A stretch of 28,662 nt of DNA from Octopus sinensis (Eukaryota), in assembly GCF_006345805.1 (NCBI RefSeq), contig NW_021833221.1:1-28662 (forward strand), in the 5' to 3' direction. Below, piece by piece: positions 22,411 to 28,662 of the stretch. The notes beneath the pieces were generated by a model. That model ran no database searches. It was not told the origin of the DNA and saw nothing but the letters and a program-made list of their open reading frames with translations. Each line of letters starts with the position of its first letter. The first letter of the stretch is position 1. The translations under genes were made by a program, and so were the position numbers.

Positions 22411-22458
<48 letters not shown>

Positions 22459-22748
22459 CCTTTAGTTATTGTCAGCTTTCCAAACACACGTGTATCTGAA
22501 AAGCTGAGAACAACTAAAAGCGCTTACATGAAAACTTTCTTTCATCAGGCATATCCGAATCTCATATTTTAAAACAAGATTTTTTTGTTTTGGATGGAGT
22601 TTCTCTATATGTCTCCATTGAAGTCTAATGTCGGCTCCGTACCGATTAGATAATACAGTTCAATATTTAAGAGAGGAGGAATTATGTGCATCATTTGCAT
22701 AATTTACATTATTAACAATTGACGGATATTTGTCCTCATCTTGTTGTT

Positions 22749-22795
22749 AACACAACGTTTCGGCTAAATATACCCTCCAGCCTTCATCAGGTGTC
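22749..22795 (-). ncRNA. Minimal type I hammerhead ribozyme (family 2), dimer-type
   Basis: GACAC-CUGAUGA-A-GGCUG-(11-nt loop)-UAGCC-GAAA-CG-UU^GUGUU: 5-bp stem I, 5-bp stem II, palindromic (A)ACGU(U) in place of stem III. Confidence 0.7.
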
Positions 22796-22864
22796 TTGGG
22801 GAAATTTTGAACCTGGGTTATCATGCCTAAGGTATTTTTCGATGCTATTATTATTATTATTATT

Positions 22865-22935
22865 GGGTAAATGGCGTAGTGGTTAAGAACGCGGGCTACT
22901 AACCCCAAGATTCCGAGTTCGACTCCAGGCAGTGA
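22865..22935 (+). other. tRNA-derived Pol III promoter head (not a tRNA gene)
   Basis: A box TGGCGTAGTGG (22872-22882), B box GAGTTCGACTCC (22915-22926), anticodon-like loop CTACTAA. No convincing acceptor stem. Confidence 0.7.
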
Positions 22936-22973
22936 CGTGAATAATGATGATGATGATGATGATGATAATAATA

Positions 22974-23019
22974 AACACCTGATGAAAGCTCGAGGGTATA
23001 TCAGCCGAAACGTTGTATT
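22974..23019 (+). ncRNA. Degenerate second copy of hammerhead family 2
   Basis: AACAC-CUGAUGA-A-AGCUC...CAGCC-GAAA-CG-UU-GUAUU: core intact, mismatches in stems I and II. Confidence 0.55.
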
Positions 23020-23744
23020 AACAACAAACAAGATGAGGACAAATATCCGTCAATTGTAAATAAAGTAAATAATGTACGTAATTCCTCATCTCTTAAATAT
23101 AGAAGTGAAGATTTTTGTGTTTAATTAAGATTTTCTCTCAAGAAAATCTTGAATTTATTCATTTTTAAACAGGCATGGCTATGCGGTAAGAAGTTTGCTT
23201 CCCAACCACATGTTTCCGGGTCCCGTCCCGCTGCGTGTCACCTGGGCCCAAGTGTTTTCCTACTATAGTCTTGGGTCGGATTTATTGCAAATGAAGGTTC
23301 CGTGCGGTGAAGACTGAGCTCGAAATCACATGATTGCAAAGCGAAGTCATTTGCCACTCAATCATGACTTCACACCAGAGTCTGTTTTTGTATGTGTATG
23401 AGTGCGCGTATGTGTTTATGTTTCGACGAAGGATGTAAATATCTGGGGAAAAAAAAAGAAGACCTATAAACCGTTTTATTTGTTCCGCCCTAGTTGTACA
23501 AACAACCCATTTACACTTTCTTTATCGTAAATGCAGTGAATAAGTGATTGGCCAGTTGGAGACCTGATTCCAGCAATACTGTTTTCTCACAAAATAGTTA
23601 CAATGAATAAGTGCAAAACATGTCGCGATTTGATTCCTTCTCAATGCTAATTCATCTCACTTCTACTAAAGCCTAAAGTAAATTATCTCCCCTGATCAAA
23701 TGATGGCTATGTTAAGAGTCGATAATCTTGTTATTATTTTTATT

Positions 23745-24460
23745 ACCAGAATCGTGAGCACGATGGGCAAAATTCTTAGCGGCATTTCGTCCGTCCTTAT
23801 TTTCTGAGTTCAAGTTCTGCCGAGGGTTGACTTTGCCTTCCATCCTTTCGGAGTCGGTAAAATAAGTACCAGTCAAGTACTGAGGTTGATGTAATCAACT
23901 ATCCTCCTTCCCCAAAATTTCAGGAATTGTGCCTATAGTAGAAAAGATTATTGTTTGTCACCAGAAGGCGACGAGCTGGCAGAATCGTTAACCCGCCGGG
24001 CAAAAATACTTAGTAGTACTTCTTCCGGCTCTGTACGTTCTGAATTCAAATTCCATCGAAGCTGACTTTGCCTTTCATTCTTTCGAGATCGATAAAATAC
24101 AGCTGAGCACTAGTTTCGGTGTAATTGACTAACCAAAATTAGAAAGAATTACTGTTCATCACCAAATCATCTCAAGATCGAAATAATTCTATGTCCAAAA
24201 GCATTCCAGCCACGACCACGTTGTCTTTTTATATTTATCTAGGTCTATATAAGTGAATGTGCATTTATTTTTTTAAGACCTTAAAATGAGGTTTGGCTGT
24301 TATTTCCAAGCAGGTTAAGCAAGCATATTGGGGCTCCACAAACGCTGCGAATTAGCAGAGTTTTTAGTAAGTCGGATAGAATGCTTTGTTGTATATCTGC
24401 GCTCTAAGTTCAAATTCTGTCAGGTCAACTTTGCTTTTCATCTGGGTTGCTGAAATAAAG
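23745..24460 (+). mobile_element. Cluster of three diverged old-type SINE family B copies (a family E fragment lies between them)
   Basis: Repeated degenerate GAATCGT..AGC...TCTGAGTTCAA...CTTTGCCTT(T)CATCC motifs at ~23745, ~23967 and ~24350. Confidence 0.65.
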
Positions 24461-24674
24461 TTTTTAGTGCAGGACTGGAGGTAGTTCATCTTTCTTTCAC
24501 TCTAAAAGAAATCGGTTGTGTTTATACTTGGAGAGAGATTGTCTTTGCCAGGCTTAAAATACCCAAGACACGACGTATTTCACTATGCTTTCCAACCACT
24601 TAAACATGCGATAACCTCGGCGGGATTTGAACTGAGAATTAAAGAGCCGATACAAATATCTCAAAACATTTTTC

Positions 24675-25950
24675 TTGTGGACGTGCATTGCTGTGCAACA
24701 ATAGCACTTGATAACCTCGGCGTTTGATGCGAATTGTTGATTTCAGTTTGTTGGCCAGCATTTTACTGTAGACTACATTGGTGACTGTAGACTCCTTTTC
24801 CAAGTAATGTTCCAGTATAGGACCTATTGCATCCCGCCAAACGGTTAGCCTCACCTTTTCTTCGGAAAGTTCGTGTTTTGAATTTATTTTTCGCTGGCGA
24901 TTCCAAGTGTCTCCAGTCCATACTCTGCCATTTGGATTCTTGCTCAAAGTGATGGACCCAAATCTCATCTCCTGTGACTAATCTGAGCAAAAAGTTTCGG
25001 CTTCATCGTCAAGTAAGCGTTGACAGATCTCCACACATTTACGCTTATGCGTTTCAGTAAGCTCTCTTGGCACTCGTCTCGCACAGAATTTACGGAAACA
25101 AAGATTGCCGTGGATGCAGACCCGTGACCTAATTTGTAGGGAACATGCGACCTCATCGATGGTCAATCGTCAGATCGCCAGAATCATCTCTGGAGATTGT
25201 TGAATCTTTATGTGGTAAGACTTTTGCTTCCCAACCACATGGTTCCAGGTTCAGTCCCACTGTGTGGCATCTTGAGCAAGTGTTTTCTACTATAGCCTCG
25301 GGTCGACCAAAGCTTTGTAAGTGGATTTAGTAGATGGAAACTGAAAGAAGCCCATCATAGATATATATGTGTGTGTGTGTGCGCGCGCGCGTGTATGTAT
25401 GTATGTATGTATGTATGTATGTATGTATGCATGTATGTATTTGTGTGTCTGTATTTGTCCATCCGCCCCACCATCGCTTGACAACCAATGTTGGTGTGTT
25501 TACGTCCCTTTAACTTAACGATTCGACAAAACAGACCGATAAAATAAGTACTACGCTTACAAAGAATAAGTCCTGGGGTCGTCGATTTGTTCGACTAAAG
25601 GTGGTGCTCCAGCATGGCCGCAGTCAAATGACTGAAACAAGGAAAAGAAGATGTGGTGGCGGTTGATTAAGCGTCCTGCTTCCTTTTTCTTGCTTCACGC
25701 TCGTCTGGCCGTTTTCAACTTCTCGCTCCAGCCATACCCACTTCTACTCAGTAGAACGCTGTCTCCGCATCGTACTGAAAGCCTGCAATGAATGATATGC
25801 CTTCAGACTAGAGAACTCAGATCACTCATCTCTGTTCTTCCTTGGTGCACACTTCCAGTGGAGCGGCCATGTTTACTCTGTAACACAAGAGAGAAAACCG
25901 GAGCGATCAAGGCCAAACCGAGTGTACGGATAATTTCTAACTTCCCCTTA
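24675..25950 (-). pseudogene. Fossil mariner (Tc1/mariner) transposase, 3'-truncated, split by a family D SINE
   Basis: ATG at 25870 gives MAAPLEVCTKEEQR*VI, then frameshifted HTH, ARRVPREL (WVPREL motif), VTGDEIWVHH (first catalytic D) and LLLHSNARP (HDNARP motif). Decayed TIR near 25925-25950. Confidence 0.9.
25210..25650 (+). mobile_element. SINE family D inserted in the mariner fossil, internal (TG)(CG)(TATG)n
   Basis: Colinear with other D copies; transposase sequence resumes on both sides. Confidence 0.88.
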
Positions 25951-26386
25951 CATGTTATATTACGAATATTACATGCATTCGTTAACTTTAAAAGAAAATA
26001 TGTTATCTTAAGATAGAATAATGTATACTAAAAAATACGGAAACCATATATAACTACTGGATCTCCACCCAAACACGGATGTTATTACACTTTTTTTATT
26101 ATTAGTATTATTATTGTTATTATCACCATCATCATTATGCTTTTGGGAAAGTTTCCATATTCATATCACAGGTTTTTTTCTTTTTAATCTACGTACATTT
26201 TCTTTCGCAAAAGCGGAAGTTGATGTTGCTGAGAAATTTTCACTTTAAAAACGATAAATCAAATTTATTTTATCTTATCTCTGTTACATATTCCCAGATA
26301 ATTCTGTGAAGTTAAAAATAAACCCTACAAGTATAAAAGAAACTGGGGCTGCAACATTCACTAGGAAGGAGCCAAGAGCTTCCAAC

Positions 26387-26431
<45 letters not shown>

Positions 26432-26689
26432 ACACACACACACATACACACACATTTATGCTGGAAGGATCCATTCCTAACTGTAAGATAGTTAAGCAAT
26501 GAGGAACCCTTCTGATACCGAACTGCCTGCAAAAGCCCCAGGTTTTATAATACAAACTTTCAACTCCAAGAAGCTCTTAATTATAACCAGCAAACTGAAT
26601 TTCATGCTAATTTATATCCCAGACACCACATTAATATTTGTCACATCTTGGCAGAAGACCAGTAATCTTAAGGGAGTGGGTTAGTCGAT

Positions 26690-27330
26690 TATATCTTTTC
26701 TACTATAGGGCACACGGCTTGAAATTTCGGGGGAAGTGGGTAGTCGACTGCATTGGCCGCAGTGCTCGACAGGTTTTTATTTCAGCGACGAGCTGGCAGA
26801 AACGTTAGCACGCCGGGCGAAATGCGTAGCCGTATTTCGTCTGCCGTTACGTTCTGAGTTCAAATTCCGCCAAGGTCAACTTTGCCTTTCATCCTTTCGG
26901 GGTCGATTAAATAAGTACCAGTTACGCACTGGATCGATGTAATCGGCTTAATCCGTTTGTCTGTCCTTGTTTGTCCCCTCTGTGTTTAGCCCCTTGTGGG
27001 TAGTAAAGAAATATGTATTTCGTCTGCCGTTACGTTCTAGGTTCAAATTCCGCTGAGGTCAACTTTGCCTTTCATCCTTTCGGGGTCGATTAAATAAGTA
27101 CCAGTTACGCACTGGGGTCGATGAAATCGACTTAATCCGTTTATCTGACCTTGTTTGTCCCTTCTGTGTTTAGCCCCTTGTGAGTAGTAAAGAAATAGGT
27201 ACTTATTTCAGCGATCCCGAAAGGATGAAGAGTAAAGTCGACCTCGGCGGAATTTGGACGCGGAAGGTAAAGACGGACGAAATGTGGTTAAGCTTTTTGT
27301 CCGGCATGCAAACAATTCTGCCAGTTCGCT
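26690..27330 (-). mobile_element. Old SINE family B copy, host of the younger dimer at 26789-27196
   Basis: Removing the insert restores a continuous minus-strand head-core-tail. Confidence 0.7.
26789..27196 (+). mobile_element. SINE family B dimer: head + two ~183-bp units
   Basis: Unit starts at 26832 and 27015. 18-bp TSD AGGT(TT/AC)TTATTTCAGCGA at 26771-26788 and 27197-27214. Confidence 0.88.
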
Positions 27331-27359
27331 GCTTTCAAACACTAAGCTGATAATCTTTT

Positions 27360-27592
27360 ATCATTTCCTAGTTTACGTCATTGGACTGTGGCCATACTGG
27401 GGCAGCTCTCACAAGGGTTCAGTCGAACAAATGCCCCAGTACTTATTTGTAAGTGCTTATCATGTCGAACCGCCAAATTAATAGAATGTAAACTAACCAA
27501 CACCGATTGTCAAGCGGTGATGGGAGACAAACACAAAACAAATATATGCACACACGCACATACCTATCTATCTATCTATCTATCTATCTATC

Positions 27593-27628
<36 letters not shown>

Positions 27629-27660
27629 ATCTATCTATATATCTATCTATTTCTAATTAT
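27360..27660 (-). mobile_element. SINE family D 3' half followed by (TATC)n at the position of the internal microsatellite
   Basis: Degenerate match to the D tail; (TATC)n at ~27563-27650. Confidence 0.7.
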
Positions 27661-27842
27661 ATATACATATATATATTGAAAACATAAGGACATAGAACGC
27701 TTGAGTCGCGTGGCCAGCTAGAAACGGTGTTTCTTGTGGCTAAATAACATTAACATTCTTCCTTTTCCTGGGACTGCCACATGAAGTTGGCAACAAGCCA
27801 TCACTTTATATTTATAATAATATATATAATATATAATATATA

Positions 27843-27875
<33 letters not shown>

Positions 27876-27936
27876 GTGTGTTTGTGTGTGTGAATATATT
27901 ATAGATATATATATATGTATATATATTATATTATAG

Positions 27937-28014
<78 letters not shown>

Positions 28015-28017
<3 letters not shown>

Positions 28018-28205
28018 GGAGATGTACTCGCATAGCAAGTAATTTGATCTGAGATCGTGTGCTGAAACGAAAACAATTGCGCGTTGGAAGGTGTTTATAA
28101 GCCATTTAGAAACACACAAAAGCCGTTCGATTCACTCCAACATTTAAGTTTAATTTGTCAAAATATTTTCGTCGCTAAAATCCGCGACCTGTTCACTGAC
28201 CAAAA
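28015..28205 (-). mobile_element. ~190-bp element embedded in (TA)n, probable Penelope-like fragment
   Basis: Non-repetitive segment bounded on both sides by (TA)n and carrying a hammerhead-like fold at its 5' end. Confidence 0.5.
28154..28203 (-). ncRNA. Variant minimal hammerhead ribozyme (family 3) with G3-C8 core
   Basis: UUGGUCA-GUGAACA-G-GUCGC-GGAUUUUA-GCGAC-GAAA-AUAU-UU^UGACAAA: perfect 5-bp stem II, stem I with one mismatch, palindromic AAUAUU at stem III. Confidence 0.65.
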
Positions 28206-28216
28206 TATATATACGA

Positions 28217-28269
<53 letters not shown>

Positions 28270-28289
28270 GTGTGTGGTGTGTGTGTGTA

Positions 28290-28320
28290 TATAAGTTGGT
28301 GCATAATTATTTCGGTTTTT
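28290..28320 (+). mobile_element. Possible solo mariner-type TIR
   Basis: TA-TAAGTTGGTGCATAATTATTTCGGTT resembles the Hsmar1-type TIR TTAGGTTGGTGCAAAAGTAATTGCGGTT; no partner TIR in the window. Confidence 0.35.
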
Positions 28321-28334
28321 TTTTTTCAATAAAT

Positions 28335-28662
28335 TTATTGGTGGTAGTCTAAGTGGTGGTGGAACTGATGGTGTCTGTGGTCAAGGTGGTTGTGGTCGTG
28401 TTTGTGGTGGCGTTGGTGGTTGTGGTGATGGTAGTGGTGGTGGTGTGGTGGTGGCGGCGGCGGCGGCGGCAGTGTGGTGTAGGAGTTTTGGAGTTGGTGG
28501 TGAAGATATCGGGTGGCATTATTAGTGGTTGTCGCTATTGGCAATGTGTGAATGTGTGCGGTTGTGCATATATGTGGTGAGTGTGTATGTAGGTGTGTGT
28601 GCATGTGTGTGTGTGTGCGTGGGTGAGTGCGTGTGTGTGTTTCCTGCGTTGGAATGTGATTT
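28335..28662. repeat. (GGT)/(GT)-rich low-complexity tract
   Basis: Direct reading. Confidence 0.9.

Larger units (their letters stand above)
22656..23107. mobile_element. Palindromic non-autonomous Penelope-like element with tRNA-derived head
   Basis: Left arm 22656-22864 is the reverse complement of the (AAT)n-to-end part of the right copy 22865-23107. Both arms carry hammerhead motifs. PLE assignment is inferred from the motif and the inverted layout. Confidence 0.7.

Noticed and set aside
22525-22560. CUGAUGA...GAAA on the minus strand
   Set aside because: Only 2 nt between the core halves, so no stem II can form, and no stem I partner. The CTGAAGA hits near 1589 and 20725 were rejected for similar lack of stems.
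1958-22935. tRNA-like segments at the heads of families A-D and at 22865
   Set aside because: They have A/B boxes but no complete cloverleaf and run into repeat bodies, so they are SINE heads, not tRNA genes.
23491-23548. Acceptor-like CCCTAG followed by VQTTHLHFLYRKC
   Set aside because: All three frames stop within 20 codons and the only donor is weak.

Overview
Repeat-saturated, AT-rich eukaryotic DNA with no identifiable protein-coding gene. The SINE sequences look like those I recall from octopus genomes, but I could not verify that by search. Nearly all long ORFs in the track are translations of microsatellites. The window holds four tRNA-headed SINE families (labelled A-D here), two copies of a ~400-bp non-autonomous Helitron, a hAT-type MITE with three nested insertions, an internally deleted mariner and a fossil mariner transposase. 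The most notable signal is three sequence-unrelated families of minimal type I hammerhead ribozyme. The first is a well-formed core at 914-968 (-). The second is an inverted pair inside a tRNA-headed, Penelope-like element at 22656-23107. The third, at 28154-28203 (-), carries a compensatory C3G/G8C core swap. One SINE family repeatedly occurs as head + 1-4 tandem ~184-bp units inside a single target-site duplication. An RFX X-box at 516-529 and a few candidate exons hint at a host gene but cannot be confirmed from sequence alone.
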